DNA of 64,000 nucleotides from an uncultured Thermoleophilia bacterium. Lineage in GTDB: Bacteria; Actinomycetota; Thermoleophilia; Gaiellales; Gaiellaceae. Under the pieces are notes generated by a model. The model did no database searches, was not told the origin of the DNA, and worked only from the letters and a program-made list of their open reading frames with translations. The translations under genes and the position numbers were made by a program. Positions 38,491 to 47,781 of this stretch are shown piece by piece (positions within the stretch are counted from its first letter, which is position 1; each line of letters begins with the position of its first letter). The DNA is taken from the NCBI GenBank assembly GCA_963851065.1, contig CAWKNW010000017.1:165198-229197 (forward strand), given 5' to 3'.

Positions 38491-39626
38491 GCAGGAACCT
38501 CCTTGAAGACATCGTCGAGAGACACCAGCGCGCCGTGGTCGGCGAGCCCCTTGAACTTCTTGAAGGCGGCATCGACCTGGTCGCGGTCGAGTCTCCGTCC
38601 CGCATCGGCGCACGCGCGCGCGAACGCGTGCCTGCCCGAGTGCTTGCCCAGCGGCAGGGTGACGGCCGCGCCGAGCTCGGCCGGGTCGATGATCTGGTAC
38701 GTACGAGGGTCCTTGAGCATCCCGTCCTGATGGATGCCGGCCTCGTGCGCGAAGGCGTTCGCGCCGACGATCGGCTTGTTCGGCGAGACGTCGTAGCCGG
38801 TGAGCTCCGCGACCAGCGCCGACGCATCCGGGATCCTCCGCGGATCGACACCGGTCTCGACGTCGAACAGATCACGACGCACACGGAGTGCCATCACGAT
38901 CTCTTCGAGCGAGGCGTTGCCCGCGCGCTCGCCGATGCCGTTGACGGTGCACTCCACCTGGGTTGCGCCGGCGCCGATGCCCGCGAGCGAGTTGGCGACC
39001 GCGAGGCCGAGATCGTTGTGGCAGTGGGCCGAGAGCTCGACACTCGCGAGAGCCGGGCACCGCTCGAGCATTTCCTCGAACAGTCCTGCGTACTCGATCG
39101 GCGACGCGTAGCCGACAGTGTCCGGGAGGTTGATCACGGTGGCACCGGCGTCGACGGCCGTCTCGCAAGCCTCGACGAGGAAGTCCCGGTCGGAGCGAGT
39201 CGCGTCCTCCGGCGAGAACTCCACCTCGTCGACGAGCCCGGCCGCATAGCCGACGGACCACGCGATGCGCTCGAGCACTTCGCCGGGCTCGAGGCCGAGC
39301 TTGCGCTCCATGTGCAGGGCGCTCGTCGCGAGGACCAGATGCACGCGCGTGCGTGGCGCAGCAGCGAGCGCGGCCACGGCCGCGTCGATGTCGTCGCGGG
39401 TCGTCCGTGCAAGCGAGGCGACGGTGACGTGCGAGACCGCGTCCGCGGCCGCTGCGACACCGGCGAAGTCTCCGGGCGACGAGGCTGCGAAGCCCGCTTC
39501 GATCACGTCGACACCGAGCCGCTCGAGCACCAGGGCGATCTCGCCCTTCTCGTCCGGGCGCAGGGCGATGCCCGGCGACTGCTCGCCGTCTCTCAACGTG
39601 GTGTCCAAGATCCTGATCCTGCGCAC
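38487..39626 (-). CDS. leuA: 2-isopropylmalate synthase / citramalate / homocitrate synthase family, short form without the C-terminal LeuA regulatory domain
   Basis: The 379-aa protein contains ILDTTLRDGEQSPG, HCHNDLGLAVANS and EGTVNGIGERAGNA-like (ECTVNGIGERAGNA). It has a GTG start preceded by GAGGAGTGAGGA. Confidence 0.85.
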   Translation of the reverse strand: MRRIRILDTTLRDGEQSPGIALRPDEKGEIALVLERLGVDVIEAGFAASSPGDFAGVAAAADAVSHVTVASLARTTRDDIDAAVAALAAAPRTRVHLVLATSALHMERKLGLEPGEVLERIAWSVGYAAGLVDEVEFSPEDATRSDRDFLVEACETAVDAGATVINLPDTVGYASPIEYAGLFEEMLERCPALASVELSAHCHNDLGLAVANSLAGIGAGATQVECTVNGIGERAGNASLEEIVMALRVRRDLFDVETGVDPRRIPDASALVAELTGYDVSPNKPIVGANAFAHEAGIHQDGMLKDPRTYQIIDPAELGAAVTLPLGKHSGRHAFARACADAGRRLDRDQVDAAFKKFKGLADHGALVSLDDVFKEVPA

Positions 39627-39723
39627 TCCTCACTCCTCGGTCGGCGCCCATGTGCAGGCGCACTTCTGCCGCTTGACGGTCGGCGTGTGCGGCGTCTACT
39701 GGCCGCGTGAGTGCGTCCTCCCC

Positions 39724-39807
39724 CTAGAGGGGGAGAATCGAAATGACCGTAAGGACGACGACGCCGTCGGCGGGCGGAGTGCGCAGCTGGACGTCGCGAG
39801 TGGTCAT
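39724..39807 (-). CDS. candidate branched-chain-rich leader peptide (27 aa) of the amino-acid super-operon
   Basis: It is not in the ORF track. The sequence is ATG...TAG, giving MTTRDVQLRTPPADGVVVLTVISILPL. Nine of the last 12 residues are Val, Leu or Ile. The stop codon lies in the loop of hairpin CUCCCCC-UCUA-GGGGGAG (39735..39718). Confidence 0.4.
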   Translation of the reverse strand: MTTRDVQLRTPPADGVVVLTVISILPL

Positions 39808-39816
39808 CTCTCTGCC

Positions 39817-39845
39817 AGTGTGCCGAGCATCAGGAGGGCTGTCAA
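39817..39845 (-). promoter_or_regulatory. candidate promoter of the leader/leuA operon
   Basis: On the minus strand there is TTGACA, a 17-nt spacer, then CACACT, ending 9 nt before the leader ATG. This gives a near-leaderless transcript. It lies just downstream of the hxlR stop at 39880. Confidence 0.35.
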
Positions 39846-39879
39846 GCGCAGCGCTTCACTTTCGGAAGCGACGAAACAG

Positions 39880-40245
39880 CTAGCGGCGGGCGGTGGCAGC
39901 GCGCCCGGTCGCCGGCTCGACCACCATCCACGAGCGGCCGAAGCGCCGCATCTCGCGGATCACCGGAAGGAGCGCCCGCCCCTTCTCGGTCAGCTCGTAC
40001 TCGACGCGCGGCGGCGACTCCGGGTAGCTCCAGCGGACCAGCACCCCCTGGCGCTCGAGCATGTCGAGCCGCTCGGAGAGCGTTCGTGGACTGATCCCAG
40101 GGCAGGCGTGCTCGAGCTGCATGAACCGGCGCGGGCCTTCCGAGAGGTCGTGCAGGATGAGCGCCGTCCACTTGGTGCCGATGATCTCCGCCGTCGCGGC
40201 GACGGCGCAGTTGCCGTCGTGCACGTCGTTCATCGTGCGCTTCAT
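39880..40245 (-). CDS. HxlR-family winged-helix transcriptional regulator
   Basis: The 121-aa protein contains CAVAATAEIIGTKWTALILHDL, GPRRFMQL, ISPRTLSERLDMLERQGVL and VEYELTEKG. Confidence 0.85.
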   Translation of the reverse strand: MKRTMNDVHDGNCAVAATAEIIGTKWTALILHDLSEGPRRFMQLEHACPGISPRTLSERLDMLERQGVLVRWSYPESPPRVEYELTEKGRALLPVIREMRRFGRSWMVVEPATGRAATARR

Positions 40246-40256
40246 CGAGCCGCAGT

Positions 40257-41717
40257 CTACTGGCCGGCGCGGCTCGTAGCTATCGAAACGAAAGTGCCAT
40301 CAGCGCGGGGCGCAGGACGGACGGCGCTGTCCAGCCACCCGCGGACCGCGTCGGCGCAGTCTCGCCCCTCGCGAATCGCCCAGACCACGAGCGACTGGCC
40401 ACGCCGGGCATCGCCGGCGGCGAAGACGCCGCCGATGGAGGTCGAGTAGCGCGACGCGTCGGCGTTCCCGCGCGCGTCACGCTCGACCCCGAGCTGCGCG
40501 AGCAGCTCCGGCTCGGGCCCGAGAAACCCCATCGCCAGCAGAACGAGCCCGGCCTGCCGCGACTCTTCGGTTCCCGGCACGAGCTCGAACGGCGGCACGC
40601 CGGTGTTCCGCTGCCAGTGGATCCGGTCGACTCGGCCGTCGGTACCGGTGAGCCGAGTCGTCGAGATCGAGAAGTCACGCGAGCCTCCTTCCGCGAGCGC
40701 GTAGGACGTGCGGAGCTTCATCGGCCAGCGCGGCCACGGCGTCACCTCGTCCGGCCGCGTCGGAGGCGGCTCGCCGAGCAACTCGATCTGGGTCACCGAC
40801 GCCGCGCCCTCGCGATGCGCGTGGCCGACGCAGTCGGCACCGGTGTCGCCGCCGCCGATCACGATGACGTGCCGGCCGGCGGCGCTGATCGCACCACCGG
40901 CCGACCCGGAGACGACACGTGCGCGGTCGTACAGGTAGTCCATTGCGAAATGCACGCCGTCGAGCTCGCGGCCCGGAACCGGGAGATCGCGCGGAACGCG
41001 CGCGCCCGTCGCGATCACGACCGCGTCGAAGCGCTCGCGCAGCTCGTCGCCGTGCACGTCGACGCCCACGTCGACGCCGTAGCGGAACTCGACGCCTTCG
41101 GCAGCGAGTTGCTCGACGCGGCGGTCGACGAGTCGCTTCTCGATCTTGAACTCGGGCACGCCGAAGCGCACGAGCCCGCCGGCGGCCTCGTCGCGCTCGA
41201 ACACGGTCACCGCCTCGCCGGCGCGCGCGAGCTGCTGGGCGCAGGCGAGCCCGGCCGGCCCGGAGCCGATCACGGCGACGCTCCTGCCCGTGCGTGTTGC
41301 GGGCGGTCGCGGCGCGATCCAGCCCTCGTCCCACGCGCGGTTGACGATCGCAAGCTCGACCTGCTTGATCGTGACGGCTTCGCCCTCGTTGATCTCGAGC
41401 ACGCACGCCGCCTCGCACGGCGCCGGGCAGAGACGTCCGGTGAGCTCGGGGAAGTTGTTCGTCCGGTGCAGCTGGTCGATCGCCTCGCGCCAGCGGTCGC
41501 GGTAGACGAGGTCGTTCCAGTCGGGGATCAGGTTCCCGAGCGGGCAGCCGTGGTGGCAGAACGGCACGCCGCATTCCATGCAGCGTGCCGCCTGCTCACG
41601 GATGCCGACCACTGGGAGTGTCCCGACAAACTCGCGAAAGTCTCCGACGCGCGCGCGGGGATCGCGCTCGGGCGCCGGCTGGCGATCGTGCTCGAGGAAG
41701 CCGCGCAGCTTGCCCAT
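40257..41717 (-). CDS. gltD: glutamate synthase small subunit (NADPH)
   Basis: The 486-aa protein has Fe-S Cys motifs (CMECGVPFCH, CPAPCE) and the dinucleotide folds VAVIGSGPAGLA and VIVIGGGDTGADC. Confidence 0.95.
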   Translation of the reverse strand: MGKLRGFLEHDRQPAPERDPRARVGDFREFVGTLPVVGIREQAARCMECGVPFCHHGCPLGNLIPDWNDLVYRDRWREAIDQLHRTNNFPELTGRLCPAPCEAACVLEINEGEAVTIKQVELAIVNRAWDEGWIAPRPPATRTGRSVAVIGSGPAGLACAQQLARAGEAVTVFERDEAAGGLVRFGVPEFKIEKRLVDRRVEQLAAEGVEFRYGVDVGVDVHGDELRERFDAVVIATGARVPRDLPVPGRELDGVHFAMDYLYDRARVVSGSAGGAISAAGRHVIVIGGGDTGADCVGHAHREGAASVTQIELLGEPPPTRPDEVTPWPRWPMKLRTSYALAEGGSRDFSISTTRLTGTDGRVDRIHWQRNTGVPPFELVPGTEESRQAGLVLLAMGFLGPEPELLAQLGVERDARGNADASRYSTSIGGVFAAGDARRGQSLVVWAIREGRDCADAVRGWLDSAVRPAPRADGTFVSIATSRAGQ

Positions 41718-41880
41718 CAGTGTCCCTTCCAGGAGTGCCGTCTAGCTTCTGGGTCGCGAGCACCAAGCGATGCAAGGACGCAGGGAGCGCTCGTAGCCAA
41801 GGCTACGGGCGCGACCGAGGACGCAGCAGCGCGCCGTGTGATCGCGGGCCAGAAGCGGGCATGTATTCCTGGGAGGGGCA
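41718..41880 (-). other. 163-nt structured spacer between gltB and gltD
   Basis: Nested inverted repeats are CCCTTCCAGGA (41724-41734) with TCCTGGGAGGG (41867-41877), plus inner CTTCTGG/CCAGAAG and CGCGA/TCGCG pairs. A central hairpin GTAGCCAAGGCTAC (41793-41806) is flanked by direct AGGACGCAG repeats (41775-41783 and 41818-41826). Confidence 0.5.
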
Positions 41881-44800
41881 CTAGGCCGCTTCGGTCTCTC
41901 GGGTGAGGAAGCCGACGCCGCCGGCCGAGACCGCCTCGGCCAGGACGCGCTTGAAGTCGTGCGGCATCACCTTGACGAACCGGGTGAGCGATTGCTCCCA
42001 GTCGGCGAGCAGCCGCCCGGCGACCGGCGACCCGGTTCGCTCGGCGTGCTCAGACACGAGCAGCGTGAGCGCCTCCTCGTCGGCCTCGTCCAGGGGGTCG
42101 AGCGCCACCAGCTCGGTGTTGCAGCGCCGGGCGAACGTCCCGGCCTCGTCGAGCACGTAGGCGACGCCGCCGCTCATGCCGGCGGCGAAGTTCCGCCCGG
42201 TCGGGCCCAGTACGGCGACACGGCCGCCGGTCATGTACTCGCAGCCGTGGTCGCCCACGCCTTCGACCACGGCGTGCGCGCCCGAGTTGCGCACGCAGAA
42301 ACGCTCGCCGGCGAGCCCGCGGAAGAACGCGCGGCCGGCCGTGGCGCCGTAGAGCACCGTGTTGCCGACGATCACGCTCTCCTCGGCGGCAAAGGCAGCA
42401 TCGTCCGGCGGCCGCACGGCGAGCACGCCGCCCGAGAGGCCTTTGCCCGCGTAGTCGTTCGCCTCTCCGACGAGGGTCAGCTCGACGCCCGGGGCGAGCC
42501 AGGCGCCGAACGACTGGCCGGCCGAACCGTCGAGCCGGATGCGAATCGTGCCGGGTGCAAGGCCGGCACGCCCGTGCCGCTTCGTCACTTCGTGTGAGAG
42601 CAGGCCGCCCACCGTCCGGTTCGAGTTGCCGAGCAGGAAGCTCCCCGCGAACGGCTCCCCGCGGTCGATCGCGCGGCGCGCAGCCTCGATCAGCTCGAAG
42701 TCGAGCGCTCCGGCGAGTGGCGAGACCTGGGGACGGGTGCGGCGAAGAGGCGTCCCCGACGGCGCGTCGGGCGCGCGCAGGACGTTCGACAGATCGATGC
42801 CGCGCGCCTGCCAGCGGGCGATCGCGTCGTCCGGCTCGAGCAGGTCGACGCGCCCGACCAGATCCTCGAACCGCCGGACGCCGAGCTGCGCCATCAGCCG
42901 GCGCACCTCCTCGGCGACGAAGAAGAAGAACTCGATCACGTGCTCCGGACGGCCGCGGAAGCGCTCGCGCAGCTCGGGATCCTGCGTCGCGATCCCCACC
43001 GGACACGTGTTCAGGTGGCAGGCCCGCATCATCACGCAGCCGGTTGCGATCAGCGGCGCCGTCGCGAATCCCATCTCGTCGGCGCCGAGCAGCGCCGCGA
43101 TCACGACGTCGCGCCCGGTCTTCAGCTGCCCGTCCGTCTGCACCCAGATCCGCGAGCGGAGGTCGTTCAGGACGAGTGTCTGCTGTGTCTCGGCGAGCCC
43201 GATCTCCCACGGGATCCCGGCGTGCAGAATCGACGAGATCGGGGAGGCGCCGGTGCCACCGTCATGCCCGGAGATGAGAACGTGGTCGGCGTTCGCCTTG
43301 GCGACGCCGGCGGCGACCGTGCCGACACCGACCTCGGCAACGAGCTTCACCGACACGCGGGCCCCGGGGTTCGCGCAGCGCAGGTCGTAGATCAGCTGCT
43401 TGAGGTCTTCGATCGAGTAGATGTCGTGGTGCGGCGGCGGTGAGATGAGGCCCACTCCGGGCGTCGTCAGGCGGACGCCGGCGATGTACGCGTCGACCTT
43501 GTGTCCCGGCAGCTGCCCGCCCTCGCCGGGCTTCGCGCCCTGCGCCATCTTGATCTGCAGCTCGTCGGCGTTCGTCAGGTAGTCGATGTTCACGCCGAAG
43601 CGGCCCGACGCGACCTGCTTGATCTTCGACCTGCGCTCGTCGCCGAACCGCGCCGGATCCTCTCCGCCCTCACCGGTGTTCGACCGGCCGCCGATCCGGT
43701 TCATCGCGACGGCGAGCGTCTCGTGCGCCTCACGCGAGAGCGACCCGAGCGACATCGCGCCCGTCGAGAAGCGCTTCACGATCTCGGCAGCGGGCTCGAC
43801 CTCGTCGAGCGGAACACCACCGCCCTCGGCGAGCCGGAAGCGCAGGAGGCCGCGGATCGTCGAGGCGCGCGCGGAGGCCGCGTTCACCGTCTCCGAGTAC
43901 TGCTCGTAGGTCTCGAACCCGCCGTGACGCACGGCGTGCTGAAGCAGCGCGATCGTCTCGGGATTCCACTGGTGGTGCTCGCCGCCCGATCGCCAGGCGT
44001 AGAGGCCGACCACCGGCAGGAACGCATCCGCCTCGCCGGGATAGGCCCGCGCATGCCGCGCCAGCGCGTCGATCGCCAGCTGGTGCGCGCCGATTCCGCC
44101 GATGCGGGACGGCGTCCCGGTGAAGTACCGGTCGACCAGTTCCTGGGAGAGCCCGACCGCCTCGAAGATCTGGGCGCCGCAGTACGACGGGACGGTGGAG
44201 ATCCCCATCTTCGAGATCGCCTTCAGCAGCCCCTTGCCGATCGCCTTCACGGCCCGCGCGCGCGCCTCGGCCGGCGACAGCTCGAGCACGCCGTCCGTGA
44301 CGAGATCGTCGAGCGTGGCGAGCATCAGGTACGGGTTGACGGCGGCCGCGCCGTAACCGACCAGCACGGCCACGCTCTGGACGCTGCGCGGCTCTCCCGA
44401 CTCGACCACGAGCCCTGCCTGGAGGCGGGTGCCCGCGCGGACGAGGTGGTGATGCACGGCGGCCGTCGCGAGCAGCGAGGGCAGGGCCACGCGTTTCGGC
44501 CCGACCGAGCGATCCGAGAGCACGAGGATGTTCGCGCCGGCGAGGAGCGCCCCGTCGGCCTCGGCGCAGATGCGCACAACAGCGCTCTCGAGCCCTTGCG
44601 GGCCTTCGTCGACCGGCCAGGTCGTGTCGATCGTCGCCGCCCTGAAGACATCGGAATCGACGGCGCGCAGGCGCTCCAACTGCTCGTCGTCGAGGATCGG
44701 GTTCTCGATCACGAGCTGGCGCGCATGCGCCGGCGACTCGCCGAGCAGGTTCCGCTCCGACCCGACGAGCGTCTGCACGCTCATCACGACCGCCTCGCGG

Positions 44801-46353
44801 ATCGAGTCGATCGGCGGGTTCGTGACCTGCGCGAAGAGCTGCTTGAAGTACGAGTAGAGCAGCGGATGACGTTCTGAGAGCACGGCGAGCGCCGTGTCGT
44901 TCCCCATCGAGCCGACCGCCTCCTCGGCGTTCGCGGCCAGCGGAGCGAGCATCACCTTCATGTCTTCCTGCGTGTAGCCGAACGCCAGCTGGAGGCTCCT
45001 GAGCGGTTGCGCGAGCGGCCTTCCCGCGTGCTGCGGCAGATCGGCCAGCCGCACCGATCCGCGTTCGAACCAGTCGCCGTACGGCCGGCGTGCCGCGACC
45101 TCGTGCTTGACCTCGTCGTCCGGGACGACCCGGCCCGCCTCGAGGTCGACGAGGAAGAGCTTCCCCGGCTGGAGGCGGCCCTTGCGCTCGACCTGGCTCG
45201 CCGGCACGTCGAAGACGCCGGCCTCGGACGCGAGCACGACCCAGCCGTCCTTCGTCTCGAGCCAGCGGCCCGGCCGCAGGCCGTTGCGGTCGAGTGTCGC
45301 ACCGATCACGCGGCCGTCCGTGAACGCGAGCGCCGCGGGCCCGTCCCACGGCTCGATCAGGCAGCCGTGGTAGGCGTAGAAGCCCTCGAGCGCAGGTGAC
45401 AGGTCGCCCGGGCGGTGCGCCTCCGGCATCATCATCATCAGCGCGTGCGGGAGTGACCGGCCCGAGAGCACGAGCAGCTCGAGGACGTTGTCGAAGGTCG
45501 CCGAGTCCGAGCCGCCCTGCCGCACGACCGGGAGCACCTTCGCGAGGTCGTCACCGAACAGCTCCGACTGAAGCTGCGACTCGCGCGCGCCCATCCAGTT
45601 CGCGTTGCCACGGATCGTGTTGAACTCGCCGTTGTGCGCGACGAACCGGTAGGGATGCGCGAGCTCCCAGCTCGGGAAGGTGTTGGTGGAGAATCGGGAG
45701 TGGACGAGTGCCAGCGCGCTCGCGAATTCGCGGTCCTGCAGGTCGGGGAAGTACCGGCGGAGCTGCGGCGCGGTCAGCATCCCCTTGTAGACGATCGTCC
45801 GTGACGAGCAGCTCGGCACGACGAGGTCGGCCCCGGCGAGCCGCTCTGCGACCCGTCTGATCACGTAGAGCTTGCGCTCGAAAGCGTCCTGGTCGGCGGC
45901 GAGCTCGCCGCAGGCGCGGATGAAGAGCTGCCTGATCCGCGGTGCGTGGAGCTGTGCAGTCGAGCCCGCCTCGGTCGGGACGACGGGAACGTCGCGCCAG
46001 CCGATCACCTCCTGGCCCTCGCCCGCCACGGTCGCGGCGAGCAACTGCTCGAGCTCCTCGCTGCGTCGCCGCTCACGCGGCAGGAAGCAGACGGCGACGC
46101 CGTACTCACCCGGCGGCGGCAGCTCGAGCCGACGGGCGAGAAACGCGTGCGGAAGCTGGACGAGGATGCCCGCGCCGTCTCCGGTCTCGGCGTCCGCGCC
46201 GGCCGCCCCGCGGTGCTCGAGCCGTTCGAGCGCGGCCAGCGCCCGGACGATCACCTCGTGCTGAGACCGGGCGTCGAGCCGCGCCACGAACGCGATCCCG
46301 CACGCGTCGTGCTCGTACGCCGGGTCGTACAGGCCCTGAGCCTTCGGCTTCAT
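41881..46353 (-). CDS. gltB: glutamate synthase large subunit
   Basis: The 1490-aa protein has an N-terminal amidotransferase (HDACGIAF) and the FMN and GXGXG domains throughout. A GAGGAGCGGAG Shine-Dalgarno sequence lies upstream. Confidence 0.97.
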   Translation of the reverse strand: MKPKAQGLYDPAYEHDACGIAFVARLDARSQHEVIVRALAALERLEHRGAAGADAETGDGAGILVQLPHAFLARRLELPPPGEYGVAVCFLPRERRRSEELEQLLAATVAGEGQEVIGWRDVPVVPTEAGSTAQLHAPRIRQLFIRACGELAADQDAFERKLYVIRRVAERLAGADLVVPSCSSRTIVYKGMLTAPQLRRYFPDLQDREFASALALVHSRFSTNTFPSWELAHPYRFVAHNGEFNTIRGNANWMGARESQLQSELFGDDLAKVLPVVRQGGSDSATFDNVLELLVLSGRSLPHALMMMMPEAHRPGDLSPALEGFYAYHGCLIEPWDGPAALAFTDGRVIGATLDRNGLRPGRWLETKDGWVVLASEAGVFDVPASQVERKGRLQPGKLFLVDLEAGRVVPDDEVKHEVAARRPYGDWFERGSVRLADLPQHAGRPLAQPLRSLQLAFGYTQEDMKVMLAPLAANAEEAVGSMGNDTALAVLSERHPLLYSYFKQLFAQVTNPPIDSIREAVVMSVQTLVGSERNLLGESPAHARQLVIENPILDDEQLERLRAVDSDVFRAATIDTTWPVDEGPQGLESAVVRICAEADGALLAGANILVLSDRSVGPKRVALPSLLATAAVHHHLVRAGTRLQAGLVVESGEPRSVQSVAVLVGYGAAAVNPYLMLATLDDLVTDGVLELSPAEARARAVKAIGKGLLKAISKMGISTVPSYCGAQIFEAVGLSQELVDRYFTGTPSRIGGIGAHQLAIDALARHARAYPGEADAFLPVVGLYAWRSGGEHHQWNPETIALLQHAVRHGGFETYEQYSETVNAASARASTIRGLLRFRLAEGGGVPLDEVEPAAEIVKRFSTGAMSLGSLSREAHETLAVAMNRIGGRSNTGEGGEDPARFGDERRSKIKQVASGRFGVNIDYLTNADELQIKMAQGAKPGEGGQLPGHKVDAYIAGVRLTTPGVGLISPPPHHDIYSIEDLKQLIYDLRCANPGARVSVKLVAEVGVGTVAAGVAKANADHVLISGHDGGTGASPISSILHAGIPWEIGLAETQQTLVLNDLRSRIWVQTDGQLKTGRDVVIAALLGADEMGFATAPLIATGCVMMRACHLNTCPVGIATQDPELRERFRGRPEHVIEFFFFVAEEVRRLMAQLGVRRFEDLVGRVDLLEPDDAIARWQARGIDLSNVLRAPDAPSGTPLRRTRPQVSPLAGALDFELIEAARRAIDRGEPFAGSFLLGNSNRTVGGLLSHEVTKRHGRAGLAPGTIRIRLDGSAGQSFGAWLAPGVELTLVGEANDYAGKGLSGGVLAVRPPDDAAFAAEESVIVGNTVLYGATAGRAFFRGLAGERFCVRNSGAHAVVEGVGDHGCEYMTGGRVAVLGPTGRNFAAGMSGGVAYVLDEAGTFARRCNTELVALDPLDEADEEALTLLVSEHAERTGSPVAGRLLADWEQSLTRFVKVMPHDFKRVLAEAVSAGGVGFLTRETEAA

Positions 46354-46538
46354 CTCCGCTCCTCTTGTGCTGCTAGTCCGGCGGGGAGCGGTGGAGATTC
46401 GCCGGCTAGCCCTGTCGCGGGCGCGCGAACGTGAAAATGGGCTTCGAGACGACGTTCGAGTTCGCGGCGCGGCGGCTCATCGCTTCAAAGAGTAAAGAAA
46501 CGACGGCGCCGGCGCAAACCGGGGATAGTTCAGAGCCG

Positions 46539-47141
46539 ATGCTCGAGGAGTTCACGCTGCTCGACTGGAAGCGGCGCATTTTCGATCTCTACGCCTCGCT
46601 CCGCGCGGATCCGGAGCCGGAGCACGCCTGGCAACGCTGGCGCGCCACACGCGACGAGCTCTTCCGGTCGCATCCGCAGTCGCCGGTCCCCCCGGAGCAG
46701 CGCACCTCGTTCGCAGGACTTCGGTACTTCGACTACGACCCGGCACTGCGCGTGCTCGCGATTGCCGAGCCGGCGGAGCCGATGCTGCGGGAGATCGCAA
46801 CGTCGGGCGAGCGACCGTACGCGTTTCGCCGCTTCGCGCGGGCACGATTCGCGCTCGCCGGTGAGGGTCACTCACTCGACCTCTTCTGGCTCGAGGGCTA
46901 CGGCGGTGGCGTCTTCCTGTCCTTCGCCGACGCGACCAGCGGCCGGGAGACGTACGGCGCCTGCCGCTACCTGCTCGACACGGTCAAGGGGGCCGACCTG
47001 GGGGAGCTCGACGGCGGGCTCGTGCTCGACTTCAACTTCGCCTACAACCCGTCCTGTTCGTACGACACCCGCTGGGTGTGCCCGCTCGCCCCGCCGGAGA
47101 ACCGGCTCCCGGTGCCGGTGCGGGCCGGCGAGCGCTCCTGA
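46539..47141 (+). CDS. DUF1684 domain protein
   Basis: It starts at the internal ATG of track ORF 46431..47141. Motifs are SFAGLRYFDYDP, SGRETYGACRYL and FNFAYNPSCSY...WVCPLAPPENRL. Confidence 0.8.
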   Translation: MLEEFTLLDWKRRIFDLYASLRADPEPEHAWQRWRATRDELFRSHPQSPVPPEQRTSFAGLRYFDYDPALRVLAIAEPAEPMLREIATSGERPYAFRRFARARFALAGEGHSLDLFWLEGYGGGVFLSFADATSGRETYGACRYLLDTVKGADLGELDGGLVLDFNFAYNPSCSYDTRWVCPLAPPENRLPVPVRAGERS

Positions 47142-47145
47142 CCGG

Positions 47146-47778
47146 TCAGACGGCGCGGCCGAGCTTGTCGAGGTCGTCCGCGACGAGGCCCGGCACGAAC
47201 GGCATCAGAAAGCCTGCGCGCTCGTCGCCGTGCCGGTCGATCAGGTAGAGAGCCGTCGAATGGACGATGTCGCCGCGAACCGGGATCACCGTGATCCCGT
47301 ACGCCCGCCAGACCGGACGCAGCTCAGCGCGCGTGCCCAGAAGCCACGACACGCTGCCGGGAAGCCGCCACTTACGGACGGCTTGCGCCACCGTCCGCGG
47401 CGTGTCACCGGCCGGGTCGACGCTCACGACGACCACGTGCGGCCGCTGCGCGGCCGGCACCTGGCGGATCGCCGCGGCGGTCATCTTCCCTTCGAGCGGG
47501 CACGCCTGCCTGCACAGCGAGTCCTCGAACATCAGCACCACGGTCCGACCGCGAAGCGAGCGCGACGAGATCCGCCGGCCGTGCTGGTCACGCAGGGCGA
47601 AGGCCGGCGCAGGTCGTGCACCGGCCGGCCAGGTCGCCTGTCCGTGGAGTGACGGCAGCTTCGGTGCTGCAGGCTTGGCGGCGGCCGTCGACGCGCCGAT
47701 CCGGCCGTGGAGCGCGGCGCCGATCACGATGCCGACGGCAGCGGCAACGCTGAGGCTGAGGATGGTCAGGCGCCGCAC
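47146..47778 (-). CDS. SCO1/SenC-family copper chaperone (thioredoxin fold)
   Basis: The 210-aa protein has an N-terminal TM/signal segment, the CRQACP (CxxxC) copper motif and a downstream conserved His (IVHSTALYLID). It has a GTG start 3 nt after the upstream stop. Confidence 0.85.
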   Translation of the reverse strand: MRRLTILSLSVAAAVGIVIGAALHGRIGASTAAAKPAAPKLPSLHGQATWPAGARPAPAFALRDQHGRRISSRSLRGRTVVLMFEDSLCRQACPLEGKMTAAAIRQVPAAQRPHVVVVSVDPAGDTPRTVAQAVRKWRLPGSVSWLLGTRAELRPVWRAYGITVIPVRGDIVHSTALYLIDRHGDERAGFLMPFVPGLVADDLDKLGRAV

Positions 47779-47781
47779 TGC

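Noticed and set aside
41718-41880. The gltB-gltD spacer as a tRNA, tmRNA or known riboswitch.
   Set aside because: It has no cloverleaf, no GTTCRANNC T-loop and no anticodon-arm geometry. I could not match any riboswitch consensus I know, such as the glutamine riboswitch or SAM classes. It is kept only as an unexplained structured element.
46480-46520. A GlnR box upstream of gltB/DUF1684, based on the GAAAC ... CAAAC pair.
   Set aside because: The spacing between the AAAC motifs is about 18 nt and there are no matching GTnAC half-sites. This does not fit the a-site/b-site arrangement known for GlnR, so no call was made.
46431-46538. An upstream GTG start for the DUF1684 gene, adding [36 protein letters not shown].
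   Set aside because: The segment lies in the lower-GC regulatory region with repeats. It has poor GC3 bias compared with the gene body, and the family-like sequence begins after the ATG at 46539. The start remains somewhat uncertain.
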